A stretch of DNA of 64,000 nt from Strigamia acuminata (lineage: Eukaryota): positions 25,606,001-25,670,000 of the forward strand of contig OX442314.1 of NCBI GenBank assembly GCA_949358305.1, written 5' to 3'. Below, in pieces: positions 46,601 through 56,629 of the stretch. The translations under genes were made by a program, and so were the position numbers. The notes below the pieces were generated by a model, which ran no database searches, was not told the origin of the DNA, and saw only the letters and a list, made by a program, of their open reading frames with translations. Within the stretch, counting starts at the first letter, position 1; each line of letters starts with the position of its first letter.

Positions 46601-49600
46601 GCTGAAACCGGTACTGCAATCCCTAGTCACAACCGGTTGCAAACAAAGACACCCAACTACTACAATTTAACACGTTGTTTGTTATTCTAATTTTTGCACA
46701 TGATGACATATACACACCACCGACAGCAGCCAGTATTAAACCCAAACAATTGGCCAAAACAAGGCGCCATTTTTTTAGCGATAGATTGCCTCGTCTGTGG
46801 CCTCGTCAAAGCAATGTTTGGACGCATTATTGCGATTGAATGTGGCCGAACATCGCCCGTATTTGTGCAATCGAATGCGGCCGAACATCGCCCGCATTTG
46901 TACGGTCGAATGCGGGCGATGTTCGGCCGCATTCAATCGCACAAATGCGGCTAAACATAGCTTTGACGAGGCGTGCAGGGAGGTAGAAAAAACACACAAA
47001 CACACAATAATTTTCATAAGAAATAAAAATAAATAAATGAATAAATAAAAGTAAAGAAAAAATATAAAAATTTAAGAACACTTTAACAGATATCACTTTT
47101 AGTTTTTAAATGTAAAAGTTACATGTTCCAAAAAACGTTCAATCTCAAAATGACTGAACTTATAACTATAACTTATAACTTTTAGGTCATAAATCTATAA
47201 GTTATAAGTTATAAGTTATACTTATAAAAAGTGCAATCGCAAAACCTCTAATGACTCACACAGTTTAAGAGTACGGAAACTTTCTGGTGTCAATTTCGTG
47301 AGTACCACAAATTTATCAGACTCTGAATAATAAGAGGATAAAACATTCCGCTTGAAATGGTGCTGTTGAAAAATTAAGACTGTAAAAATATTTAGACTCT
47401 GAAAGCTTATGAGTACTAGGCTTAAAGCTAAAGCTTTGTTAATATGGTAATATTGACATATCCTGAATGAGAATTTTAATATTTTGATGATTCATGATTT
47501 GGTTGTTTTGAATATGGTATTGCAAATTTCCAAAACTAATTTTTAAATAAATTTTAGGGAGAAATTAAATGTCTTTTGGATGAAATCAGAAAGGAAAAAG
47601 GAAAGCCTATGGATGTGCAACATTTATTACATACAAGCATCTCAAACATAATAGCAATGTTTGAATTTGGAAAACGCTTTGAATACTCCGACGAAGAATT
47701 TTGCCGATTAATAAAATTAGTAACAACTAATGGGACATTCCTTGGGGCTTTGTCAAACCCTTTATTCCTCAATTGGATAAAACATATTCCATTTCCAGGC
47801 ATGTCTGCAAGATTACAAACATTAATGTATTTAACATCACGCAACATTTGTTGTGGACCTTCAAAATTATTATTTATATTTTATATTTAAAGAGAGGCTG
47901 GCTTATTTATAGAAAAGTTCTTTTCTAAGAGACTGCAACAGCGTGAAAACAACCATGTTGAAGGAAGCAGGACACATTACATTGACGCTTTTCTCACTGA
48001 AAGAAATTCTATTATAAAAAAAACAGGCTCCGAAGCAAATTTTAGTAGTAAGTCTGAAACGAGTAAGGCCTGTCTAAATTAAACACGGGTAATGGGAAAT
48101 AAAAATGTGGAAATGAGACAATTTTAGAATATCTCTAATGTTGTCTCTCGGTGGCCAATTGACTATACTCTACTAGCCCGCACCCATGTGTATTGGGCCG
48201 CCTGTATTTTTTGATGTTGCAAAAAAGAAAATCGTACATTTCAAACTCAAAAAAAAGTTTTTAATCAAAATAAATAAATGCAACTTGTAGAACAAACATT
48301 GGGCTTTATTTTTTAAAAAAAAATAAAATTTTAACTTAAATGGGCCAAAAGTTATGGCCATTTGAATTTGCGCTACTTGGCACAAGTGTATTGGGCCACC
48401 ACGCTAATTGCCTCAAGTGAGTTGGGCCGGCAGAAAAAGCTTAGCACCACATCCAAAAAATCACACAAAAAACCTGTTTCTTCAGAAAATCATTGTTTAT
48501 TTGAACAATACTTTACAATATTTTGTTGGATAACCAAAATTTTGTATGTGAAAAGTCAAAACCTAAATGTGATGGGTTAGGAAAACTGAGCAATTGACTT
48601 GACTTTATGTTTAGAATCATTTTCCTGCTGAAATATCCATGTCAAAGGCAGTTTATCATCTGCAAATGGAAGCATAACAATCCTCCGACACTTTTTTAAA
48701 AGTATATTGGTCCATGCTATTCTTAATTTAATGTTGTGGACCGATGCACATAGAGGAAACCATCCCCAAGCCATCCCAATAGTAAAATGGCTTGGGGATG
48801 GTTTCCTGTATGTGTATCGGTCCACAACATTAAATTAAGGGTTTCATGGACCAATGTACTTTTAAAAAAGTGTCGGAGGATTGTTATGCTTCCATTTGCA
48901 GATGATAAACTGCCTTTGACATGGATATTTCAGCAGGAAAATGATTCTAAACATAAAGTCAAGTCAATTGCTCAGTTTTCCTAACCCATCACATTTAGGT
49001 TTTGACTTTTCACATACAAAATTTTGGTTTTCCAACAAAATATTGTAAAGTATTGTTCAAATAAACAATGATTTTGTGAAGAAACAGTTTTTTTGTGTGA
49101 TTTTTTGGATGTGGTGCTAAGCTTTTTCTGCCGGCCCAACTCACTTGAGGCAATTAGCGTGGTGGCCCAATACACTTGTGCCAAGTAGCGCAAATTCAAA
49201 TGGCCATAACTTTTGGCCCATTTAAGTTAAAATTTTATTTTTTTTAAAAAAATAAAGCCCAATGTTTGTTCTACAAGTTGCATTTATTTATTTTGATTAA
49301 AACCTTTTTTTTGAGTTCGAAATGTACGATTTTCTTTTTTGCAACATCAAAAAATACAGGCGGCCCAATACACATGGGTGCGGGTTGTAGTTGCAATCAA
49401 AAAGGCACTTTACAAGATGTCGTCCAGTGGTCGAGTGGTCGAGCCAGTTTACTACTAACTCTGACTGTATACTACTACTACTAGGAAAAGTAGTTTTTAT
49501 TTTTATTTATTGTTTTGCTTGTTATGACTAGTTTAGTTAACGTTATTTTGATTTTTCTTAGTATAAAATGTTATTTCCATCATTGAAATGAAGTTTTACG

Positions 49601-50604
49601 CATATAAAAATGTCAAACTCATGTTTGTTAAGTTTATTGGTTACTTCGTCTGGAATTTTTAATTTTTGGGCAATACAATGTCTGTACATTGTAATGCAAT
49701 TCTGGTGTTTGGGTCTACTTTTCCGGATCACTACACCAGTAAACTGGCTCAACCAATGGGACGACATCTTGTAAAGTGCCTTTTTGACTGCAGCTAGAGT
49801 ATATAATTACATTTCCAATTTTCAGAGGAAGAGCTTCAAGCTAATTTAAGAGTTTTGTTTGCTGCTGGCATTGAAACAACTACTGGAATTTTACTTTGGA
49901 GCATTCTTTACCTCCTGAAGTATCCAGAAATGGGAAACAAAGTAGTGCAAGAAGTAAACGACGTTATTGGTCCAAATAGAGATCCAACTTTCAATGACAA
50001 GACCAATATGCCTTACACAGATGCTTTTATGCTAGAAGTTCACAGGCACAGTTCATTACTTCCATTCTCTCTTGTTCACGGGTATGTAAAATAATGTTGT
50101 CCTTACATCTGTGACTGAATATAATCGAATTTCATTATAATTCTATTTATTTATATCTAATATCCATTATCTGACACAGCAATATGGAAGAAACCACTCT
50201 CAACGGATTCACTATTCCAAAAGGCTCTTACGTAGTAGGGAATCTGTGGGCAGTACACCACGATAAGAATCTGTGGGAAAATCCTGATGAATTTAATCCG
50301 AAACGATTCATTAATGGACAAGGAAAAGTGGAAAAACCGGAATATTTAATTCCTTTTTCAATCGGTAAACTTCAATACTCTTAGCAATATTAATTGAAAA
50401 TAACAAGTTTTCGCTATTTTAACAATAGGCAAACGAAACTGCATTGGCGAATCCTTAGCAAATATGAAATATTTCCTCTATTTTACGACATTAGTTCAAA
50501 ATTTTGAAATCAAACTTCCAGAAGGAAAAGCAGTATCAATGGAGTCTCAATTTGGAATTACATTATTGCCTAAACCGTTCAAAATTTGTTTGATAACAAA
50601 GTAA
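31634..50604 (+). CDS. Cytochrome P450, clan-2-like, gene 2; 8 exons (31634-31845, 31903-32036, 32092-32198, 47558-47826, 47893-48047, 49826-50081, 50180-50364, 50429-50604)
   Basis: PPGPW, AGIETT, EVHR, PKRF and FSIGKRNCIG motifs; same intron positions as gene 1; intron 3 is ~15.4 kb and filled with TEs. Confidence 0.9.
32535..33131 (-). repeat. 3' LTR of element C
   Basis: Matches 44442-45038 (offset 11907); adjacent to a G-rich PPT on the minus strand. Confidence 0.95.
33855..36174 (-). pseudogene. Accessory gene of element C with a DnaJ-type zinc finger; one frameshift (~35520) and one in-frame stop (34572-34574)
   Basis: TTTATTCTTTAG acceptor before 36174; frame reads ...WRICPVCLGER...PCGNCLGHG...; track ORFs 35455-36060, 34572-35675 and 33855-34472 join into one ~770-codon frame. 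Confidence 0.6.
38570..41479 (-). CDS. Pol-derived protein of element C: intact protease site, catalytically substituted RT and RNase H, no integrase core
   Basis: ~970 open codons from MASTELDPAW; LMDSGAS; YLDS in place of YLDD; AAAS, TGC and AVALS in place of TDAS, TDH and ADALS; ends FFWPGT*. Confidence 0.88.
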   Translation of the reverse strand: MASTELDPAWARELAILCDVFPCDLKTQDDVVRIIKEHQRDRRQAVLGAAAARSSARWSNFAAKRARKAAARAQKEVTEMVEAWARSTVSLRNDFSKRIFELSRRAAVAQAVAQDDSDVEGEQEDAPDLIAGNGVVDPAELYDRISPFQALRTTEADEGIVTDGSSPSQVCFVGLAVGAVWDTVNVAGLGKDLPLPFIDVHFSGRSAVALMDSGASGQYMSSAAAEEYGLTASIEPCDDFVRVMTGGRVTSPVGTVNVHVSWQTGADWLRFAVLPSASNFILLGCSWLGENGIVIRIARNDWYHIDNPGVTFPFAPQPDQLDEKGADVDKWARVTLEHGVDAAALSMSSNQLDLLEACKIEDMRKVRLTRVLDEFGHTFSETGGCHPTVELLIPTGDTPPFSCKVKHTCPAEARALRRLVRNALKRGEIEESVSVYRSQPVVSMLPDGTFDACIDFRQLNAITERDGYQVPSIPMILACLEGSIVFSTLDLAMGCFQLRIAPLDRPKTAFYTPLGTFQFVKLPYGLLNTPMAFQRLMDKVLGEAKFKWALPYLDSIVVFSKTFEEHLTHLSDVLGRLSKHCLTASPSGSCILSTSWDFLGYSMTRYGFRPNERRVQAIVDYPQPRNVAQLRRFLGMFGGDTPAIEGLEHLSNPLEALLNDGAAWNWSNECQGVFQLFKDHLARGSVLPMPEFNRTFVIQAAASRVGLGAVLTQMDHQGVKRPVAYASRALQGAETAFSLSELECLAVLQAVASFRPFIAYSKFVIETGCMALLWLLSSTSASGRLVRWAMQLQQVRFSIKFNKRADDRIAVALSKVGLDDVETTSAATPEEEAAIMLAHTLVTESLAGTIMSYDEVRQVQRDDPDCSAVMKWLDEGQRDDHLLSQLPPSMAQYKPDFVFGGYGELCVNTPFSPDAPLSRAEHGSDVKILMPAPLLDRCLDVIRLHPRYAQDNAADMMKRLRRIFFWPGT
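42014..42180. repeat. ~48-bp tandem repeat, about 3.5 copies, inside element C
   Basis: Recurrent GCCCCAAAA..TAAAA.TTAGCG...TGGTA...ATCCAC units. Confidence 0.75.
44442..45038 (-). repeat. 5' LTR of element C
   Basis: Followed on the minus strand by AT and then TGAGGGCCCTGTCCGAGATTTGAAC (tRNA-Pro-like PBS); contains a CAG|GTAAGC donor at 44702. Confidence 0.95.
45090..45720. mobile_element. Palindromic MITE with TTAA TSD (Kolobok-like ends)
   Basis: TTAA|AGGTCATGGGAAGAG ... CTCTTCCCATGACCT|TTAA, with ~260-bp inverted arms. Confidence 0.8.
45909..46625. mobile_element. hAT-family MITE (717 bp)
   Basis: TIR TAGGGATTGCAGTACCGG / CCGGTACTGCAATCCCTA; 8-bp TSD GTCACAAC; dense subterminal TACCGG/GGTAC motifs. 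Confidence 0.9.
46800..46972. repeat. Short hairpin element with internal ~35-bp repeats
   Basis: GCCTCGTCAAAGC...GCTTTGACGAGGC ends; GGCCGAACATCGCCCG repeated in both orientations. Confidence 0.65.
48166..49801. mobile_element. TA-flanked MITE whose left TIR is split by a Tc1 foldback
   Basis: The rebuilt left TIR TACTCTAGTTGCAATCAAAAAGGCACTTTACAAGATGTCGTCC closely matches the reverse complement of 49760-49801. Confidence 0.7.
48173..49387. mobile_element. Tc1/mariner-derived foldback element (1.2-kb near-perfect palindrome)
   Basis: Arms mirror around ~48782; each encodes a transposase remnant MLPFADDKLPLTWIFQQENDSKHK (compare the Tc1 FQQDNDPKH motif); TA on both sides. Confidence 0.85.
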
Positions 50605-51497
50605 TAACCTTTCAATAAACAGTAACCTTTTATACGTCAAATGAACTTCCCTAGCAAAGCATATATTTATACTTCATACAAATAAACAATAAACTAACAT
50701 TTATATTATGATTTGTCGGTATGTGTATTCCATAAATAAATATCACAACTCGAGGAAGAGCATCACTTGATAACTTTCATGAATGTAAGCTTATAGCACC
50801 TTGTGCTACAAGATAGGGCTTGAACTAATGTTGCATTTATAATGGAAACCAACTTCATGTTTACTTTTGTAAGGAATTAATAAGCCTGTTAGTCTGACCA
50901 TTTATTCTGCGTCTTTAGAACGTATCTGTTACGTCCGTCATCAAGGCACGCAATACATTGGTTTTCTTTATTATGCAAATTCCTATACGGTTGCCAAGGA
51001 ATTTCCTTCAGAGAAGCACCCGGCGACAGAGGGCTCCAGACCAATGAAATTACAGACACAAACCAGGTTTGACTAATGCATACTAACCATATCGCGACTA
51101 AATAAGTGCCCAATTCCCTATCACATTAAAAAAAACAGTTACAGTGAGGTTCGAAGGGTGAGGGGGGTCAAAGTCGATTGGTTTAGTTGTCACTTGTTTT
51201 TAATCTTTATTGAGCTTATTTCACAAGAAATACATGTTTTACACTTTATTTAGTACCTCACTTTTACTTGTTTTGGGATAGAAGTCAGTTCATTTAGTAA
51301 TTCATTTTGCACCAAGTCATTGCTGGTCCAATAAATTGACAAATTTTCTTTCTGTCAATGATAGCATCCTCACTAGACCCCGGATATTTATGCAAAATAA
51401 AATTCGTTTTATGTGCATAAAATATGCACCAAAAATTCCATTTTATGCAAAATAAAAATAAAAATATGCAAAATAAAAAAATGTATTCAAGTGAAAT

Positions 51498-54400
51498 TGT
51501 GAGAGTGTGTTTGACAAATGATGTAAATCTGTTTACATATTATTATTTGATCGTGACAACCGTCGTTTTGGTTATGTTTGGTTGTCATGACTATCGTTGT
51601 TTTGTTGTGTGATTGTAATGGTGCCGATGAGAGGTGAAGGAGAATAAAAGTGCCAAAAGTTGTGTTTAAATTACCAAACCGGTATGTTTATTTGCCTCAA
51701 GTGGTAGCAGAGGTGAAAAATTGCAAAATAAGGCCTATAAAGAGAAAAAGAAAGATCGTAAAGATTAAACAATAAAGTCATAAGCGGCAATGCAACAATG
51801 AGCGACTCTATGTTAAAAAGTAACAAGCAGTCGACAAATGAACAATAAATTGGGCGACAAAGCGCCAGAGTGGTGAAGTTTGACAACGATCAAGCAAGAA
51901 AGTGAAATTGAAAGAAAAAGGGCACAAAAAGAGAAAAATTTGCAAGAATAAAACGAGACGACGATGGCAGATGCGATACAAGGCGGAAGTATCAATAGAA
52001 TTGAACTGTTAAGTGACTCGAATTATTTTTTATGGAGCATGCAAGTGGAAGCGGTGCTCCAAGCCAAAGATTTGTGGTTGGACGTCATTGAGGGCGAGGA
52101 ACCAGATCCGGATGAGGAAGAGGACGAGTGGAATATATGGCGACGGAAGAATAGTCAAGCGCTAGGGATTATTATAGTCACCTTATCGGCAGAGCAAGCT
52201 GGGATGCACAAAGGAATTAGAAGCAGCAAGGAGCTGTGGGATCGCCTAGCAGAGCGACATGAAGGGAAGCAAGCGGACAGACAGATTGATATTGGCCACG
52301 AACTGACAAGTATAAAGATGGCTAAAAACGAAGATGCGGAGCATTATCTAAATAGAGTGGACACAATTGCACAGAGATCGGCGGCGGCAGGCAAAAATAT
52401 CACACAGAAGGAAAGAGTATACTATGCAATTAAGGGGTTGAGCAAGAAATACAACCACATTGCAAAGTCGTATTATGCAAAGAGGGACATAAAGATGGAC
52501 GATTTGCGCCGAGCCATCCGATTGCAGGCAAGTTGGGAAGACGAAGAGGAAGGGAGCGAGAATAAGGCGTACAGAGCGTTCAAGCAACGAGGTAGAAGGA
52601 AAGGCAGACCCAATGGGGGCGAATGCTACACTTGTGGTAAACAGGGGCATTTTGCACGGGATTGCAAAAGTAGTACGACGGTTAGGACCAACGATGGAGC
52701 ATGTTATGAATGCGGCAAGCAGGGGCATCGAGCGCGGGATTGTTGGAGTAAGGGTCGTGGACGTGGACGAGGACAAGCTCAAACAGGACGCGGACAAGGC
52801 GAGGCGCGAGGAGGAACGGTTGCGCGTTACGCAAATAAGTCTAAGCCAGAAGCGACAAAGACGTACGCGCTCAACGCCGCCATGTCGGCTGCAGATTTGG
52901 GCAAAATGGAGTGGTTGCTAGACTCAGGCGCGACCACGCACCTCACATCACGCAGGGAATTTTTGCACGATTTTCAAGCTGAAAGGGGATACGTCTATTT
53001 GGCCGAAGAGTCTGCAAAAATGGAATCCAGAGGGAACGGAACGGTCGAGTTAATAAGTCACGTGGACGGACAAGACGTAAATTTGAACATGCGAAACGTA
53101 ACATACGTACCAACTTTGAGAGGAAATTTAATTTCCATATGTCAGCTAACGGGAGAAGGAAACAAAGTGGTTTTTGACAATAAAGGAGCGGAAATTATAG
53201 CTGCAGATGGTGTACTGATCGGAAGAGCGACGCTAAGAGAAAAAATGTACATTCTGCAGGCGAAGAGCATCGTGATGCAAGACTTCGTGAATAGGGTGAG
53301 AGACATTGCGCGACCTAAACCAGGCACGGCGACACCAGGCCAGAGAGAGATTGACAACAAGATGTTGTGGCATGCACGCATGGGTCATATGTCGCAGCAA
53401 AAAATGGACCAAGTCAAGAAAAGCGAATTGCTCAAAGGTGCGAATTACAGCATGTGTCAGTTACCACCCTGCAAGTATTGTATTGCAGGAAAGCAGCCGA
53501 GAAAACCTTTTAAACGGACACAAGGAACCGCTACAACTCGACCATTGGAGTTATGGCATGCGGATTTATGCGGTCCGATGGAAAAGTCCATAGGCGGAAG
53601 CCGGTACGCACTCGTAATTATAGATGACTATTCAAAATACGTCTATTGCAGTTACCTACAAGACAAAAGCCAGGCAGTGGAGGAAATAGAGTTCCACAGA
53701 CAACGGGAAGAGAGAACAAGCGGATTGAAATTAGACAGATTGCGAACGGACAATGGAGGAGAGTTCTGTGGGGCGGATGCTGAATATAATTGGCGAAAGA
53801 TCGGAGTAAAACACGAGCGTACGGTTCCATACTCACCTCAGAGCAACGGAGTCGTTGAGAAATATAACAGGACATTGTCTGAGAAAACAAGAACTTTGCT
53901 CAAAGATGCTCATTTGCCGGACGAGTTTTGGGCTGAAGCATGGGCAACGGCGGTGTATACTGTAAACCGCTCACCAACGACGGCAAGTCCAGAGACGACT
54001 CCATACGAGATAAGAACTGGCAGAAAACCGGTTGGAATTCATTTTCGTGTTTTTGGATGCACGGGCCATTATCACATCCCGAAACAAAGGAGATTGGGCA
54101 AATTTGATCAAGTGACGAGGGTAGGAATAATGGTGGGATATTCAGCCAACCGGAAAGCCTATCGTTTATATGACGAAGCACGGGGGCATATAATTGAATC
54201 GAGGGACGTTTATTTCGAGGAAATGGCGCGCGACAGCAAGGCGCAGGAGGAGCAAATTGCGGAAATGATGGCCCAGGAAGACACATTGGGGGACACAGAA
54301 GGCGAGAACCGACGGCAGGACGAGGCACTCCAAGAGGAGGAACAAGACGGAGCAATTGGCAACGATGAGAGTGACGAGGACGTTGCAGATCAAAGTGACG

Positions 54401-56423
54401 ATGACGTTGCGAACGAAAGTGACGAGGATGTAGAACAAGAGCCCGATGAGCGACCAGTCGTGCAAGCGCGGGAAAGGAGACCGATAGGAACATTTGCGGA
54501 AAGGCAGCTGAGACTTCATGGTCAGTTGCAGGCGAGGGAGAGGATTCTCCAAGAGCGTGGCGTACGACGATCCGAAAGGATCGCTCACAAGGGCGCGGGT
54601 GGGGATGTAGCCAGAGTTATCAAGTCTTTATTCACTCCCGCGACATACACGGAAGCGGTGGAGTGTGAAGAACGCGACCATTGGGTGAAGGCAATGGAGA
54701 ATGAGATGAGTTCCATGGGTATTCACAAGGTGTGGAGATTAGAGGCTCGATCGGAATCCAAGAAGCCGATCAAAAGCAAGTGGGTGTTCAGAATAAAATT
54801 ACACTTGGACGGTTGTATCAAGAAATACAAAGCAAGATTAGTAGCGGTGGGCTGTGGCCAGAAACCGGGAGAAGATTACGACAGAACTTTTGCGCCAGTA
54901 ATGAAAATTCAATCTCTGCGGTTATTGCTGGCAATTGCAGCTAAAAAGAAACTTCGAATTAGGCAGTATGACGTTGAAACGGCATACTTATACGGTCTAC
55001 TCGATGAGGAAATACATATGTTGCAGCCAGAGGGTTTTGCAGTTCCAGGACAAGAGGACAAGATATGTTTTTTGCAGAAGAGTTTGTATGGATTGCGACA
55101 ATCCGGCAGATGCTGGAATAAACGACTAAATCAGGCATTAAAGGACATTGGTTTACAGCGGCTAAAAGGGAATCCGTGTGTCTATACCTGCATCGAGGAA
55201 GATTCTTATTTCGCTGTCGGGATATTCGTGGACGACATCATTGCGATCGGGTCAACAGATGCAGTGATAGATCGTCACATGAACGAATTGGGAAAAATAT
55301 TCAAACTGATGAATTTGGGAACACCAAGTCAAATTTTGGGCATGAGAGTGAGCGTGCACAAGAAGGGCATAATGCTCACGCAGGAAGATTACGCCAAGAA
55401 GATTGTGAAGAAGTATGGAATGGACGGTTGCGCGGCAAAGCAAACTCCTTTGCCAATTGACCAAAACCTAGACGTGACAGGAGATTCGAAACCAGTTGAC
55501 AGAAGCCTTTACCAAGAAATCCTTGGGAGTTTGATGTATCTAATGCTTGGGTCGAGGCCGGACCTAGCTTATGCTGTGAGCAAGCTATCTACGTTTTCCA
55601 CCAAGCCGACCGAGATGCATCTAAACGCTTTGAAGAGAGTACTTCAGTACGTAAAGGGGACAACCCATTATGGAATTCTATTCGACAGGACCCGAGGACC
55701 GTTAGAGCTCATGACAGATGCAAGTTGGAGCGTCGGACCAGATGCGAGATCTTTCAGCGGTTACATCGTGACGTACGGTGGATCTTTGGTCAGTTGGAAG
55801 ACCAAAAAGCAACAACTTGTAACTTTGTCGTCATGTGAAGCCGAAATTGTGGCGCTTTCCGAGGGGGTCAAGGAGCTCAAGTGGGTGCGGGGACTGATTG
55901 CGGAGTTGCAAATGGAGAGCATTCAGACGGGACTTAACACCTTCTGCGACAGCAAGTCGGCGATTGACTTCTCTGAAGACGTACAGTTGGGAGAGAGGAC
56001 AAAGCACCTACTCAGGAAATATATGTTCATAAAAGATGAAGTTGAAGTGGGTAACATCAAGTTGAATTTTGTTCCAACCGAGGCAATGATGGCAGATCCC
56101 TTGACAAAACCTGTGTCGGGAGAAAAGCTAAAGAAATTTGCAAGAAACATGAAATTTGATTTTAAGGGTTGAGTCATGATGTAAAAAGATTCATTTATCA
56201 TTGTAAAACGAAAAGGGGATTTGTGAGAGTGTGTTTGACAAATGATGTAAATCTGTTTACATATTATTATTTGATCGTGACAACCGTCGTTTTGGTTATG
56301 TTTGGTTGTCATGACTATCGTTGTTTTGTTGTGTGATTGTAATGGTGCCGATGAGAGGTGAAGGAGAATAAAAGTGCCAAAAGTTGTGTTTAAATTACCA
56401 AACCGGTATGTTTATTTGCCTCA
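51498..56423 (+). mobile_element. Full-length Ty1/Copia LTR retrotransposon (element D)
   Basis: 202-bp LTRs 51498-51699 and 56222-56423 with TG...CA ends, 5-bp TSD GAAAT, PBS TGGTAGCAGAG (initiator tRNA-Met type), PPT AAAAGGGGA. Confidence 0.97.
51964..56172 (+). CDS. Copia gag-pol polyprotein (1402 aa), intact
   Basis: Two CCHC knuckles, LLDSGAT protease, WHARMGH, integrase ADLCGP/TDNGGEF/VVE placed before RT (FVDD), then RNase H (TDASW). Confidence 0.96.
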   Translation: MADAIQGGSINRIELLSDSNYFLWSMQVEAVLQAKDLWLDVIEGEEPDPDEEEDEWNIWRRKNSQALGIIIVTLSAEQAGMHKGIRSSKELWDRLAERHEGKQADRQIDIGHELTSIKMAKNEDAEHYLNRVDTIAQRSAAAGKNITQKERVYYAIKGLSKKYNHIAKSYYAKRDIKMDDLRRAIRLQASWEDEEEGSENKAYRAFKQRGRRKGRPNGGECYTCGKQGHFARDCKSSTTVRTNDGACYECGKQGHRARDCWSKGRGRGRGQAQTGRGQGEARGGTVARYANKSKPEATKTYALNAAMSAADLGKMEWLLDSGATTHLTSRREFLHDFQAERGYVYLAEESAKMESRGNGTVELISHVDGQDVNLNMRNVTYVPTLRGNLISICQLTGEGNKVVFDNKGAEIIAADGVLIGRATLREKMYILQAKSIVMQDFVNRVRDIARPKPGTATPGQREIDNKMLWHARMGHMSQQKMDQVKKSELLKGANYSMCQLPPCKYCIAGKQPRKPFKRTQGTATTRPLELWHADLCGPMEKSIGGSRYALVIIDDYSKYVYCSYLQDKSQAVEEIEFHRQREERTSGLKLDRLRTDNGGEFCGADAEYNWRKIGVKHERTVPYSPQSNGVVEKYNRTLSEKTRTLLKDAHLPDEFWAEAWATAVYTVNRSPTTASPETTPYEIRTGRKPVGIHFRVFGCTGHYHIPKQRRLGKFDQVTRVGIMVGYSANRKAYRLYDEARGHIIESRDVYFEEMARDSKAQEEQIAEMMAQEDTLGDTEGENRRQDEALQEEEQDGAIGNDESDEDVADQSDDDVANESDEDVEQEPDERPVVQARERRPIGTFAERQLRLHGQLQARERILQERGVRRSERIAHKGAGGDVARVIKSLFTPATYTEAVECEERDHWVKAMENEMSSMGIHKVWRLEARSESKKPIKSKWVFRIKLHLDGCIKKYKARLVAVGCGQKPGEDYDRTFAPVMKIQSLRLLLAIAAKKKLRIRQYDVETAYLYGLLDEEIHMLQPEGFAVPGQEDKICFLQKSLYGLRQSGRCWNKRLNQALKDIGLQRLKGNPCVYTCIEEDSYFAVGIFVDDIIAIGSTDAVIDRHMNELGKIFKLMNLGTPSQILGMRVSVHKKGIMLTQEDYAKKIVKKYGMDGCAAKQTPLPIDQNLDVTGDSKPVDRSLYQEILGSLMYLMLGSRPDLAYAVSKLSTFSTKPTEMHLNALKRVLQYVKGTTHYGILFDRTRGPLELMTDASWSVGPDARSFSGYIVTYGGSLVSWKTKKQQLVTLSSCEAEIVALSEGVKELKWVRGLIAELQMESIQTGLNTFCDSKSAIDFSEDVQLGERTKHLLRKYMFIKDEVEVGNIKLNFVPTEAMMADPLTKPVSGEKLKKFARNMKFDFKG

Positions 56424-56629
56424 GAAATCAGGTGTTAAATATCAACTTAATGCCATTTCAAAGTGTTCTTGATGTAAATGAATTATAATTAGTAAGTACA
56501 ATTCTATTTCTATTTTCTATTTGTTTATTTGTCTTTCCATTTCCAGACATTAATTTAGTGACTTTCCCTGGTGTCTGTTTTTGGCAAAATCCTTAATCTT
56601 CCGAACGCAAGCATACGTACACGATACGT

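Larger units (their letters stand above)
32521..47422. mobile_element. PIF/Harbinger-like non-autonomous element hosting element C and several MITEs
   Basis: Removing element C rebuilds the left TIR AGCCTAGTACTCATAA, which matches the right TTATGAGTACTAGGCT; TAA on both sides; repeated internal AGACTCTGAA motifs. Confidence 0.7.

Noticed and set aside
45909..46625. CRISPR-like or satellite array of GGTACC motifs
   Set aside because: No constant repeat-spacer period; these are subterminal motifs of a hAT MITE in eukaryotic DNA.
45186..49484. Mirror-image ORF pairs (45186/45418, 48362/48981, 48577/48787)
   Set aside because: By-products of palindromic MITE arms, not genes.
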